From: a virus
Taxonomy: Duplodnaviria > Caudoviricetes
IMG/VR virus record: IMGVR_UViG_3300036760_000042
Coordinates: 1-59,943 of that record
Direction: 5' to 3' (one strand)
Length of the DNA: 59,943 nt
Below, in pieces: positions 47,244 to 57,091 of this stretch (positions within the stretch are counted from its first letter, which is position 1; each line of letters opens with the position of its first letter). Made by a program: the position numbers and the translations under genes. Under the pieces are notes generated by a model. That model was not told the origin of the DNA, did no database searches, and saw only the letters and a program-made list of their open reading frames with translations.

Positions 47244-47768
47244 TCACTCACCCCGCACCTCCTTGCCAGCGCCGAGGGAGAGTGTCGCGTTTTTGTCGGC
47301 ATGGTATTTGTCGAATACCCGCTTGCGACAGCATTCTCGGCAGCGCCTATGGCCGCTTGAGTTTATACGCAGGTTGCGCCCAGAATACGCATGACCAGCG
47401 GGGCAATGAGTCCGTTCCCTGCACAGCTTGGCGCCCTTCTCCATGTTTTCTGAACACCTAGCACCGTTCCCACTCGCATAGGCACCGCGCTTCTTCAGAT
47501 CACGATCCCGCACATTGTCACCGTTTGTGCCGAGGAATAGATGGTCTGGCCTGACGCATCTAGGATTGTCGCAGTGGTGGCAAACGGAGAGGCCGTCTGG
47601 TATAGGGCCGTTCGCAATCTCCCAAGAGAGTCTATGTGCCTTGCGATTCTTGCTCCCGTCCCACGACATACCGTAGCTATCTCCAACTGGGCCGCCGCGC
47701 CATAGCCAGCATCCGTCGGTCTTGGTGACGTGACTCCAGAAACTATCGGGATACCTTATTTGCGCCAT
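47244..47768 (-). CDS. HNH homing endonuclease
   Basis: CWLWRG, AHRLSW, CHHCDNPRCVRPDHL...N..D; C-terminal THCPAGH...CREC. Confidence 0.92.
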   Translation of the reverse strand: MAQIRYPDSFWSHVTKTDGCWLWRGGPVGDSYGMSWDGSKNRKAHRLSWEIANGPIPDGLSVCHHCDNPRCVRPDHLFLGTNGDNVRDRDLKKRGAYASGNGARCSENMEKGAKLCRERTHCPAGHAYSGRNLRINSSGHRRCRECCRKRVFDKYHADKNATLSLGAGKEVRGE

Positions 47769-47770
47769 TG

Positions 47771-48145
47771 TCAGCCCTTCCCAAGAGAGTAGAGGGGGAT
47801 CATGCCGGTGTGCGGGTGCGATATCATCCCGTCACCGGAGCAGTCGAAATCCCGTATTCCATGCGACCCGCATTTAGCGCAGACGTGTTCAACCGGCTCC
47901 GCATTCTCCCGGAGTATCGCGACGGCGGCGCGGAGTCGTGGCTTCAGTGTGCAGTCTAAACATTCGCATGGACTGGGCGGAATCACTCCGTCAAGGCCGA
48001 TATGATCTAACAGGTTCGCTGTTGCCTCCAGCAGCGCGGCCAGTGATTCGGGGGTCATCGGATGCGCCTCCAGAAATCTGCCGTCCTCTGAGTCGAGCAG
48101 ACGGTACAAATCTGCATAGCAGCATTCCACTGGAACGTTACCCAC
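47771..48145 (-). CDS. Cys-rich hypothetical protein
   Basis: CECLDC and CAKCG; ends IPLY like the other modular ORFs. Confidence 0.55.
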   Translation of the reverse strand: MGNVPVECCYADLYRLLDSEDGRFLEAHPMTPESLAALLEATANLLDHIGLDGVIPPSPCECLDCTLKPRLRAAVAILRENAEPVEHVCAKCGSHGIRDFDCSGDGMISHPHTGMIPLYSLGKG

Positions 48146-48569
48146 CGATGCCGCCAGAACCAGCAGCGCCTACCGCTTGGCATTCCTCACCTCCCTCTCG
48201 TTAACCCGCGCCCGCCGTTCCCACTCCCACCATGCCGACGCCTCCTCTTGGTTTGCAGGCAGGATCGAGGAACCTGCCGTAAGTTATCGCCGGTCATCTC
48301 GGCAGCATGCCCACCCGCGCGGGGTTACTGTTGCGCCCTCACGTTGTTGGGACAGATGGTTAAATTACATCGGCCCAAATCGTCGTGATAGTGGCTCAGA
48401 CGCCTCACCTCCCTCTTCGGTTGTTGCGGGACGGCATCCCCGTTTCAGGCTCTACCGATAACCCGATGGTCATCAGCGCCATTCCCGGTTTGTCCGCCTC
48501 TGCGCTGGTCACGGCGGGAGGAGCAGCACCAAGCCTTGCTTCGTCGGTAGACCGCCGCCCCGCAATCCT

Positions 48570-48791
48570 TCACTTCTTCACCTTCCGCTTCTCCTTGCGT
48601 GTGTTCAATCGAATCTGCCGGAGCGACGCCGGGATCCCTGTGAAGTTCGGGCATCTCAGCAATCCGTTGAGCGCCTGAAGCTCATCTCGAATGTCCAACA
48701 GGATCGCCGTGTTGACTCGCTCCCATGTAGGCGCGTTGCCTTGGTCATTTCCTGGTGCCCAGTCGAAATTCTTCAATCGTTTGTCAACCAC
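48570..48791 (-). CDS. Hypothetical phage protein
   Basis: AILLDIRDELQALNGLLRCPNF motif. Confidence 0.65.
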   Translation of the reverse strand: MVDKRLKNFDWAPGNDQGNAPTWERVNTAILLDIRDELQALNGLLRCPNFTGIPASLRQIRLNTRKEKRKVKK

Positions 48792-49247
48792 GCTTCACCA
48801 CCTTCCGCTTCACGCGCAGGTCATAGGCGTCGAACAGTTTGATGGACGCCTTCGGGACCGGCTGATAGGATGACCGAGTACAAAACAGAACATGGTGCAC
48901 GTACCCGTAATCGTCCGACTTGCCGCCGCACTCCCGACACCTCCACAGAGTCTTCGGCACCTTCGGCTTCTCGCTCATCTCCCATCCCTCGTTACGGTCC
49001 AGAGTGCAAACGCGCAGAATGCGAGGAGCGCGATGAATGCTATCGCTGACGGCCAACCCATAGGCCCGCTCACGGCTGTCTCCTTCCTGTCCCACCACAT
49101 CGCTCGCAAGGTCGCCCCATCCATACACGGCCAGCTAGGTGCATTGCTGATGGGCCGATACCATCGCCCAAGCAATCACCGCATGGATTCTTCTTCACGC
49201 GCTTGAGACTGCCGATGTAGATGAAGCCCTTCAGCGCGGCGGGCTTG

Positions 49248-49895
49248 TCATTTCCCATTGTCCCCTCCATCCAGATACCACCTCAGGCGCTCGGCCTGCC
49301 ATGCACGTTCAGCAGCCCGCGCAGCATCCCCCGCAGCAGCCCGCGCAGCCCACGCAGCATCCCCCGCAGCAGCCCACGCAGCAACCCACGCAGCCCACGC
49401 AGCATCCCCCACAGCATCCCCCGCAGCCCACGCAGCATCCCCCACAGCCCGCGCCAATCTCAACTCATCCGCGCTGGCCAGTCCATTGGCGTATCTGCGG
49501 GCCACAGCTATCGTCTGTGCCGCCGTGCCCGATTTATCCAGGTGCGTTACGCGCTCCGCGCAGTCGCATGCAAACAAGCGGGCCGTCCGTTCATTCCATG
49601 TGCTTACGCGCTTGATGAGCCGCGCCTCGTGGTAGATGCCGACGTGCCGCGACTTCTCCACCCGCTCTCCGCGCACCTCGACTTCGTACAATTCCGGGGC
49701 GATCCATTCGTGCAATTCGGCGTCAGACTCGATCACGTGGTAGCCGGAACGACACGGCGTCAGCCTCTCAACTCTCGGCATCCACTTGCCGGGACGTTTG
49801 CCGCTCGGCAGATGCCACGAGCCGGTGCCGTGGACGCATTTGCCGTTGGCGTCGAGGAACTTGTAGAACGCGGCGGGCTTGTCAGTCTTTGGCAT
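49248..49895 (-). CDS. Phage protein with AAW/AAGDA low-complexity repeats
   Basis: PCRSGYH, RLFACDCAERV, tandem repeats at 49311-49453, ERAWQAERL. Confidence 0.85.
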   Translation of the reverse strand: MPKTDKPAAFYKFLDANGKCVHGTGSWHLPSGKRPGKWMPRVERLTPCRSGYHVIESDAELHEWIAPELYEVEVRGERVEKSRHVGIYHEARLIKRVSTWNERTARLFACDCAERVTHLDKSGTAAQTIAVARRYANGLASADELRLARAVGDAAWAAGDAVGDAAWAAWVAAWAAAGDAAWAARAAAGDAARAAERAWQAERLRWYLDGGDNGK

Positions 49896-50049
49896 GAGCA
49901 GACTCCTTCAGCGGTAATCCCGCAGCCCCTCGCTCTAGTTGCTCTCCGATCCTATCCATGCACTTCCGGCAGATGACCAGCGACGGCGGGCATGGCGGGA
50001 CTCCGCAACCATTGGCGCACAGCGCGAGCGGCAGGCTAGTCTTTGGCAT
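49882..50049 (-). CDS. Small Zn-finger protein
   Basis: CANGC...ICRKC. Confidence 0.5.
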   Translation of the reverse strand: MPKTSLPLALCANGCGVPPCPPSLVICRKCMDRIGEQLERGAAGLPLKESAHAKD

Positions 50050-50342
50050 CAGTCCCCTGGGTCCCTTCCGCCGTTGCAGGCGAAGCAAATGCCGTCAGCG
50101 AATTGATTCGGCTTTCCGCACTTGCCGCAATGTCCGCGCTTGTCAGGCCACGGCTCGGTGAACCAGTGCGCATCTTTTGGCTGTGGGCAATACGGACACT
50201 GTGCGGCAACCGCCTGCGCAGCCGACGCGATTAACTCTCGAATCAGATAGCCACAGTTGGAACACAGTGGCAGTTTGTATGTTTGATCCACGATGTGATG
50301 CAGCAACCTTTCCGCGCCTACGGCGGGCTTGTCAGTTGGCAT
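50049..50342 (-). CDS. Multi-CxxC hypothetical protein
   Basis: GAGGAG RBS; CSNC, CPYC, CGKC, CFAC. Confidence 0.6.
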   Translation of the reverse strand: MPTDKPAVGAERLLHHIVDQTYKLPLCSNCGYLIRELIASAAQAVAAQCPYCPQPKDAHWFTEPWPDKRGHCGKCGKPNQFADGICFACNGGRDPGD

Positions 50343-50461
50343 CGGGCGGCTCCTCCTCAAGGTCGGTCCAGCAATCGCCAGAAATCAGGTCCATGTGATA
50401 CCCACGGTGATCGACTGCTCTAGTGCATGTATGGCCCGCGTGGACCGACGCGCATGACTCC

Positions 50462-50719
50462 TCAAACGCTGCCATCCCCACCTCCCCTCTTCACTTCGTC
50501 GTAATGCTGCCTGAGCCTTAACACCCGGCATCCGAGATGCGGGCAGTCCGTGTGCCAGTGCTGCGTAAATGCCTTCGTCCTGCCGACGATGCCAACGTCC
50601 TTGTCTGTTTGCTCCTTGAACTCCCGCAAGTCGGCAGCCTCTTGAGCAAGATCGACAATTTGCTTAACCGCGCATTCGTGATGGAGCGCCCAACACGCTG
50701 GGCCGTGGGTAACAGTCAT
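50462..50719 (-). CDS. Hypothetical protein
   Basis: THGPACWALHHECA motif; GGAGG RBS. Confidence 0.6.
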   Translation of the reverse strand: MTVTHGPACWALHHECAVKQIVDLAQEAADLREFKEQTDKDVGIVGRTKAFTQHWHTDCPHLGCRVLRLRQHYDEVKRGGGDGSV

Positions 50720-52239
50720 GCGCCGCCTCCCTTCGGCCCGAATTCCTCGCGGTAGGCGGCGGCAGCTTTTCGGAGCGCACTGCCCCCATAGGACAGTTCA
50801 CAGTTAGCCGCCCTCTCCTCCAGCCACCCCGCGACATCGACCCCATGCCCCTCGGCATCGCACCTGACAAGCTGGGCCGTCACCCGGTCGATCTCGCACA
50901 GGACGCAGAGGTCGGCGGCGGACCATTTGTGCGGGCGGTCGCAGGGAGGATCGACGGGCGGGGCGGGGTAGAGGGGCCGCGCCCTACCCTCGCATTGCCC
51001 CCAGTCCTGCTTACCGTGGCTGTAGTGCCATTCCGGTGGACCACCTGGGCCGCGATGTTCCGCCGCCTGAGACGACAGATACCAGATACAGTCCTCGCAA
51101 TCCCACGCCACCGGCTCGACGGGCGGGGCGGGGTAGAGGGGCTCCATCGGCTTGCAGCACACGATACAGTTGGGCTGAGATTTATAGGGCAGCACGTAAC
51201 TCGTATGCTCCTTGCACCGCCACGCCACCGGCTCGCCCGAAGTAGGGCGAAGTACGCCCCCCTGCTTGCTGGCCTTTGGAATCGGCGCGTGCCTCTTCCC
51301 ATACCCCGGACAATCGCTCAGGTCGCACAGCGGGTAGTCTCCGATTATGATCGGTGCTCTCCCCTGCTTGCTGGCGAACAATCTGACAGGCCCGTCGACG
51401 CCCGTTTCCGGCCCTAACGCCTTCCCCGGTTCGTCCGCCTCTGCGCTGGTCATGGCGGGAGGATCAACGCCAAGCCTTGCTTCGTCGGCAGACACGGGCC
51501 TGTCAGAACTTTGCTTGCTGGCGGACGGGCGTGGGAATACCCCCCCGCAGTCCTCACACGTCACGTCATCCGTCGCCGCTGGTTGCATATGGCGGCGGGT
51601 GCGTTTGTGCTGGCAGTGGGTGGACGGGATGGCGATGCCGGGGCAGGGCATGCCCTCCCAATCGGTATCATCGCAACACTTACAATGCCCCGCCTCCACC
51701 ACCGGCTCGCTTCCTTGCTTGCTGGCGGACGGGATGCCGGAGAGTTTCTCCGCGTATGCCTCGGTCATCACCGGGTTCCTGCACGCTTTCGAGAGGTTCG
51801 CACACGTCAGCCACCCGCCGTCACCGATGAACAGCATCGCTTCGCCGCACGATGGGCACGGGTCTTTGATGCGCTCGCCGTCTCGTGGTGCCTCGCCTCG
51901 CCAACCGTGCGGGCAATGCTGCCCCGCCTCCACCACCGGAGAGGACGCGGCGCGTTCACGTCGAAGCGCGGCCAGAACCTTGTCAATGGGGCCACCACCA
52001 CGCCTATCCCTTGAACGACCGTGCGGGAGCGTAGTGATCGCATAATCAATCACCTTCTTTAGCCGCTCGTTTTCGCCAGCGAATGCAGCGAGGTCGGACA
52101 TCAGCGTGCTGTCTGCAATAGGCACCGGAGAGGACGCGACTGCGCTAATCTCTCTCGACAGGAGCGTATGGAGATTCCTCAGACGATGCGCCCAATCCTC
52201 CAGCAACCCCACCTCGACCAGCACGCTAGGGTTAGTCAT
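50716..52239 (-). CDS. Mosaic modular protein (Cys-rich modules joined by repeated linkers)
   Basis: Repeated SSPVVEAG, ASKQG, EPVAW and PLYPAPPV linkers. Confidence 0.7.
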   Translation of the reverse strand: MTNPSVLVEVGLLEDWAHRLRNLHTLLSREISAVASSPVPIADSTLMSDLAAFAGENERLKKVIDYAITTLPHGRSRDRRGGGPIDKVLAALRRERAASSPVVEAGQHCPHGWRGEAPRDGERIKDPCPSCGEAMLFIGDGGWLTCANLSKACRNPVMTEAYAEKLSGIPSASKQGSEPVVEAGHCKCCDDTDWEGMPCPGIAIPSTHCQHKRTRRHMQPAATDDVTCEDCGGVFPRPSASKQSSDRPVSADEARLGVDPPAMTSAEADEPGKALGPETGVDGPVRLFASKQGRAPIIIGDYPLCDLSDCPGYGKRHAPIPKASKQGGVLRPTSGEPVAWRCKEHTSYVLPYKSQPNCIVCCKPMEPLYPAPPVEPVAWDCEDCIWYLSSQAAEHRGPGGPPEWHYSHGKQDWGQCEGRARPLYPAPPVDPPCDRPHKWSAADLCVLCEIDRVTAQLVRCDAEGHGVDVAGWLEERAANCELSYGGSALRKAAAAYREEFGPKGGGA

Positions 52240-52387
52240 GGTCTGCCCCGAGCAGCTTCAGCGCCTCAGCGAGTTGCATCTTGACGATTTCGACGAACGG
52301 CAACCCCACCTTCTTGATATTGTCGCAGTTGATTTCAGCACAGCGGATCGTTTCGATTGTTTCTTCAATCTTGCTGTATTCGATCAT
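52232..52387 (-). CDS. Small hypothetical protein
   Basis: GGAGG RBS; MIEYSK. Confidence 0.5.
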   Translation of the reverse strand: MIEYSKIEETIETIRCAEINCDNIKKVGLPFVEIVKMQLAEALKLLGADHD

Positions 52388-52779
52388 TCCTCCCCCTCTC
52401 CTTTCTCCCCCGCTGGAAGGACGGCGCGGGCCTTCCTTGCCGCGCACCTATGTCCGTCCGCTACACCCATACCGTACGGGCCTGTGCCAACTTCAGGATG
52501 GTCGTATTGCTGATGCGGGTCATCACGGATTGTGACAAGCGCCCCCTCGATTGCCTCCAGCTTCGCCCGCAGGGTGTCGCGCTCGGCCATCAGTTTCCGC
52601 ACGCTGGCGCTTTCCTCCACCACCGGAGAGGACGCGGCGGCGCGGAGCCGTCTCGCTATCAAGTCCGCAATCGCATCGGGCGAACCCGACATTAATTCGT
52701 CTCGCATACTCTTCTCATACAAGCGAGACACCGCCTCCTCCACCAACCCCACCTCGACCAGCACGCTAGGGTTAGTCAT
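52384..52779 (-). CDS. Modular hypothetical protein sharing its N-terminus with 50716..52239
   Basis: Identical MTNPSVLVEVGL start. Confidence 0.7.
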   Translation of the reverse strand: MTNPSVLVEVGLVEEAVSRLYEKSMRDELMSGSPDAIADLIARRLRAAASSPVVEESASVRKLMAERDTLRAKLEAIEGALVTIRDDPHQQYDHPEVGTGPYGMGVADGHRCAARKARAVLPAGEKGEGEE

Positions 52780-52951
52780 GGCGGGCCTCCTGCGCTGGCA
52801 GTGTCGGCGTAAACCAGTCATGCTCTGCACCGCCGGTACAGGCCATAGGTCCGGGGCTGCATTTCGCTCCCGCATCCTCCAGCATTGCTAGTAGCATCGC
52901 TCGCTTAAGCGTAATGCCGCAAGCGGAACACTTATCATCAAGCATCGACAT
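52772..52951 (-). CDS. Small Cys-containing protein
   Basis: CSACG; overlapping neighbours. Confidence 0.5.
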   Translation of the reverse strand: MSMLDDKCSACGITLKRAMLLAMLEDAGAKCSPGPMACTGGAEHDWFTPTLPAQEARHD

Positions 52952-53417
52952 TCTCCCCCTCTCCTCTCTCCCCCGCTGCGAGCGCGGCGCGTAGGGCGTT
53001 AACATCCTCTCGGCGTGGTGGCGTCCGCAGCCCTTCGTTGTCTGCCGAGTCCTCGTCCTGGTGCGTGAGCATCACTAGCGCCGCACCCTCGACCGCCTCC
53101 AGCCTCTCCTTCAGTGCGATCCCCTGCCGCACGAGGATCACGTTCAGGTTCGTACACCGCTGCGCCCCCCGGTTCGCGGCCACCAGTTCCCGGTGAGCGG
53201 CCTCCAACTGAGCCCGCAGGGTGTCGCGCTCTGCCAGAGCATCGGGCAGCGATTCGATGGCCGTGACTATCTGCTCCAACTCGGCAGCCTTGCGCTTCAG
53301 CCGCGCAATCTCCGCCCCATGCCCGCACTCAACACCTGGGCAGCCGTCCATCGTAGCGTCCTCTCCGCAGTGTCTCGATAGGTTCAGGCACCCGCAATGC
53401 CGTGGCTCGGCGGTCAT
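52938..53417 (-). CDS. Coiled-coil hypothetical protein
   Basis: AAGGAG RBS; AERDTLRA motif shared with 52384..52779. Confidence 0.65.
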   Translation of the reverse strand: MTAEPRHCGCLNLSRHCGEDATMDGCPGVECGHGAEIARLKRKAAELEQIVTAIESLPDALAERDTLRAQLEAAHRELVAANRGAQRCTNLNVILVRQGIALKERLEAVEGAALVMLTHQDEDSADNEGLRTPPRREDVNALRAALAAGERGEGENVDA

Positions 53418-53768
53418 GGGCGGGGCTCCTTCCGCGACTTCAGCTTCATCGGCTTCCTCCGATACAACGGCCTCGCCATGTGTCCGCTCATAGCCCCCCC
53501 AGCCAGACTGAGAGCAGTATGCCGACGATGCCGCCAGCCGTGATGATGGCGGTCCATCCCTTGACGGCATCCCAGTCGATGCGTCGGCGGTGCAGAAAGG
53601 GGTCGCGGTGACCTGATGCTACGCGCCACATGCCGTGGGCGCTGACGGTCCTGATTCGCATGTCGTCTCCAGTGCGGTATTGCCGGGCCGGTTTTCCCCG
53701 TAACCCCAGCCCGGCGCTGCTGTCTACCGCATATCCTGACGTCCTCCTCCCGGGAAGCGCCGGGCCGC

Positions 53769-54017
53769 TTACTCCTCAGTCCACTTGGCAACCCAAGTGT
53801 CCACGTCATCTCGGCGCGGCCCCTTCTCAACCAGCCCTTCCTTGCGTAGGATGCCAAGGCAGCGCGCAACGCGCAGCCGGAAGGAGTCCTCAGGAAGGGG
53901 GTCGGCCAGATAGAACTGCGCCTTGGTGGCAATCTCAGGAACGGTAAGCTGTCCGCACGTACGCACGACTCCGAGTACCAGCGCGTGGTGATGGCCCAGA
54001 TGCGAGTGGCTTTTCAT
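53769..54017 (-). CDS. Small winged-helix-like protein
   Basis: LTVPEIA...LGILRKEGLVEK. Confidence 0.55.
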   Translation of the reverse strand: MKSHSHLGHHHALVLGVVRTCGQLTVPEIATKAQFYLADPLPEDSFRLRVARCLGILRKEGLVEKGPRRDDVDTWVAKWTEE

Positions 54018-54466
54018 TCGACTTCCGTCACGCGCACGACAAGGCCGACCTTGTGTTTGTCGTAAACGTGGGTGACGGTGCCGAGCGTGACGTGCTTGGG
54101 CGAGTCGTCCGGGGTCATGGCGTTATTGAAGAGGCCGTCCCCCACGGCCTTGAATGCCGCCCACATGTTGTCCTCGTCGAGCGCCTTCTTGCGCATCGAA
54201 ATGAGGTCCACGCGCACGCGCCCCTTCGCGGTGGGCTTGCCCTGCGACACCCAGACAGTGTGTGCAGCGGTCTTGACGGTCTGGCGCAGGCGGTGCTTGG
54301 CCATGTAGTGCATGGGCTTGTTGGGATTGAGTAGACCGAGGTTGACCGGAAGGAGGAAGGCCCACGTGCGGAGGGCGGAAGTCCGAGGGCCAGCAGGACC
54401 GGAGCCACTGCCGGCCCTCGACTCGGAGAACGACATGATGGAATTCCACCCATGCGTTGGTTTCAT
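54014..54466 (-). CDS. RusA-like Holliday junction resolvase
   Basis: LDEDN...KAVGDGL...PDDS acidic motif pattern. Confidence 0.65.
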   Translation of the reverse strand: MKPTHGWNSIMSFSESRAGSGSGPAGPRTSALRTWAFLLPVNLGLLNPNKPMHYMAKHRLRQTVKTAAHTVWVSQGKPTAKGRVRVDLISMRKKALDEDNMWAAFKAVGDGLFNNAMTPDDSPKHVTLGTVTHVYDKHKVGLVVRVTEVE

Positions 54467-55467
54467 GCTACCACCTCCTCTTTCCGCCGCGCAAGCGGCT
54501 TGATGTCGATCTTCCAGCCCTTCAGTACCCGCGCCTCAGCCGCGCCCAGCTTGCGTACGACTTCCTTGCCGGTGATGATGTAGTCTCCGACCACGGCCCT
54601 CTCGATGTCCCTGAAGCGCTCCTTGTTGCGGTCGTGCACGCGCTCGTACTCTAGGTGAGCGCCATGTAGTTCGATGTCTCTGGCAACGTCGGCGATGACT
54701 GCCGGGTCGAGGCTGACGTCAGCGCCCTGCTCGAACAGGCCCATCGGGAAACATCCACGAGCGAAGAACGGACAGTCCCGGCATTCGTCCGGGTCGCCGA
54801 AGAACGGCGGCATCTCCCCGGTCTTGCGTGCCCCCAGCGCCTGTTCTGCCAGTGACAGGTACTTCTCCATCGAGTCGTACCGCTCCTCCAGCACGATGTC
54901 GATGGCCCTGAGTTCACCGGGCAGGTCGAGTAGCAGCAGGCCGCGTGGCAGGTCCTTGCCGTACAGGTACGTGAGGATCTGCATCTCGGCACCACGGGTG
55001 AAGCGCGACTGGTTCAGGTCCTCAACACACGTGATGCGCTGGCCCATCATCGGCCAACTCTTGATCTCGATGGGAACGTCGGGGGTCCCGGCGTACTCGC
55101 CCTTGAACCGGAGCATGACGTCCACGATGCCGGTGACGGCGGGGGCGATGGAGTTGCGCCCGTGGACCGACACGCGCTCGGCCACGCGCACGACTTCCCA
55201 CGGCGACGACGCACGCTTGCCGATCTGGATCAGGTTGGCGATGATGTCGGCCTCTCGCTGACGGCCCCTCTCCAGCCGGTACTGGACCTCCACCGGCATC
55301 GGTGCCATCGCTTCGGGCTGAGTGAGCTTGAGGGTCAGGTTGCGGGCGCACGGGTGGTAGTCCGTGGCCCACAGGTGGTCGCCAGGCTGACGCGGTGGTC
55401 TCTGGGATGCGAGCATCTCGGAGTGCTCGCGCAGTCCTGCCTGAAGCAGTGACGCTGGGCTAAACAT
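54463..55467 (-). CDS. Cas4-like PD-(D/E)xK exonuclease
   Basis: N-terminal CAR, GIVD...EIKS, QxxxY, C-terminal CRDCPFFARGC. Confidence 0.8.
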   Translation of the reverse strand: MFSPASLLQAGLREHSEMLASQRPPRQPGDHLWATDYHPCARNLTLKLTQPEAMAPMPVEVQYRLERGRQREADIIANLIQIGKRASSPWEVVRVAERVSVHGRNSIAPAVTGIVDVMLRFKGEYAGTPDVPIEIKSWPMMGQRITCVEDLNQSRFTRGAEMQILTYLYGKDLPRGLLLLDLPGELRAIDIVLEERYDSMEKYLSLAEQALGARKTGEMPPFFGDPDECRDCPFFARGCFPMGLFEQGADVSLDPAVIADVARDIELHGAHLEYERVHDRNKERFRDIERAVVGDYIITGKEVVRKLGAAEARVLKGWKIDIKPLARRKEEVVA

Positions 55468-55813
55468 CGTCTCCCTCTTCCGTCTGGCGTTCGAGGTAGT
55501 TCTGCAAAGCCATCAACAGCAATCCAGCATTGACGCTGTGCTCGATGGCCATCCCGTTCTTGTTCCAGTCGGTCACCGCAATGCCCATGAGTGCGTTGAG
55601 CTTGGCAGTTGTGGACGCTGAGACCATCTGCTCGACGATCAGGGACTCGATCATGTTACGAGGAAGGACGAGCGTCACCATCTGCATCGGGTTGCCCTTT
55701 TCGTCGTAGCTGCTCTGCATCTTGGTAAGTGCCGCGATTGCGAACCCCTTCAGTTCATCCTGCAAGGCTGTCGGTACCAGTTCGTCCAGCGTTACGGGCC
55801 TCTTGTCGGTCAT
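55460..55813 (-). CDS. Hypothetical protein
   Basis: GGAGAACGAC leader. Confidence 0.7.
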   Translation of the reverse strand: MTDKRPVTLDELVPTALQDELKGFAIAALTKMQSSYDEKGNPMQMVTLVLPRNMIESLIVEQMVSASTTAKLNALMGIAVTDWNKNGMAIEHSVNAGLLLMALQNYLERQTEEGDDV

Positions 55814-55911
55814 GTCGTTCTCCAGTTAGTGGTTACCCGGCGGGCTGTCCCTTTTCGTTCCAGCCCGCCGGGGCCTCGCGTTGCCGGTATCCGACCGGTG
55901 GCGGTCTTAGC

Positions 55912-56124
55912 CTACAGGTCGTGGCACTTGCACAGGCACTTCGTGTTCCGCACCGTTGCAGGGCAGTCTCCGTGCTGACTGTCGATGCAGGCCATGTAGA
56001 CCCGGTCACCGGCAGGGTCGCAGGGCACCACGGAGAGCCAGTTGGGCGGTGGCCCCAGTTCCTTCTCGATCCACCGGTTGCGCAACTCGGACGTGATGGC
56101 GTAATCCGGAGCAGGCTGCGTCAT
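55912..56124 (-). CDS. Small Cys-rich protein
   Basis: ATGA overlap; CLCKCH. Confidence 0.55.
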   Translation of the reverse strand: MTQPAPDYAITSELRNRWIEKELGPPPNWLSVVPCDPAGDRVYMACIDSQHGDCPATVRNTKCLCKCHDL

Positions 56125-57065
56125 CGTCCCTCATCCGCAGCAAGCTGCGCCTCGAACTTCGCGACGACTTTCTTGATGGCCCACTCGGGTGACCCGAGGA
56201 AGTGCGCCCACGTCTTGGACTCGTAGACCTGCCCGCCCTTCTCGTTGCGAGTCAGCTTCGCGAGTTCCGCGAGCGCCTCCTTCTCGTCGCCGCCGCAGTA
56301 CCCGATGAGCCGGGTCTTGAAGGTGTCGACGGTGACCTTGGTGTCGTCTGACGCGGCAGCCCCCGTCCGGCGCTCGTTGCCGGAACCAAACCCGGACCCC
56401 TTCGTGCATCGGCTGGTGTCCAGCCCATGCTCCTTCAGCAGCGCTTCGCTGACCTTGGTGATGCCGCTCAGGGCCATCGCTGCCTTCTTGCGTGCCGCCG
56501 TGTAGGTGGACGACAGCAGGTCGGCCCGGCGCACGGCCTCCGGGGTGGATTCGAGATTGCGACCGCTGAAGTCTTCGTGGTCGTTGCGCTCCCCGCGCAC
56601 GCCCTCGATGCGCTGGCCCGTCATGACGCTGTAGGCGTCCAGAACGAGCACCGCCGAGTGCGAGCCGTCAGTGTTGGTGGTGACCACGGGGATGTCGATC
56701 TTGTTGCCCTCCGCGTCGCGCATGTTCTCGAAGTTCACCCCGTACAACTGGATGAACCATTCGGCAGCGCCGCGACCGGGCGATGCCATGACGCGACCCT
56801 CCTTGTCCTTCTTCATGTCCCAGTCTTCCGGCTGGGTGCCAGCGATGGCGGCTTTGCGCAGCGCCTTGAGCAGGTCGGTGCGGGCCTCGATGACCGCCAT
56901 CGCGTTCTTCGCCTTGGCGGCGATGCTGGCAACGCTGACCACCTGCGGGATGAGGCTGTCGGCATCCGCAACGTCGCGGTCGTCAGCCAGCATCGGCAGC
57001 AGCGCTTGGTCTACGGTGCTGGTCTGTATGCTCATTGCGGCTCGCTTCCGGACTTCTGTTTCCAT
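56121..57065 (-). CDS. Hypothetical protein, candidate ssDNA-annealing recombinase
   Basis: GGAGGACGAC leader; size and position upstream of the Cas4-like nuclease; family not recognised. Confidence 0.55.
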   Translation of the reverse strand: METEVRKRAAMSIQTSTVDQALLPMLADDRDVADADSLIPQVVSVASIAAKAKNAMAVIEARTDLLKALRKAAIAGTQPEDWDMKKDKEGRVMASPGRGAAEWFIQLYGVNFENMRDAEGNKIDIPVVTTNTDGSHSAVLVLDAYSVMTGQRIEGVRGERNDHEDFSGRNLESTPEAVRRADLLSSTYTAARKKAAMALSGITKVSEALLKEHGLDTSRCTKGSGFGSGNERRTGAAASDDTKVTVDTFKTRLIGYCGGDEKEALAELAKLTRNEKGGQVYESKTWAHFLGSPEWAIKKVVAKFEAQLAADEGR

Positions 57066-57091
57066 GTCGTCCTCCTCGAATGTGTAGCGGT

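Noticed and set aside
48425-48480. CTGATGA...GAAAC on the minus strand resembling another hammerhead
   Set aside because: Stem II does not close next to the core, there is no UH after stem III and no stem I partner
49311-49453. Tandem repeats resembling a CRISPR array
   Set aside because: 9-12 nt in-frame units with no unique spacers; they encode AAW/AAGDA repeats
54463-55467. Cas4 as evidence of a CRISPR-Cas locus
   Set aside because: No array and no cas1 or cas2; standalone Cas4-like nucleases are common in phage recombination modules
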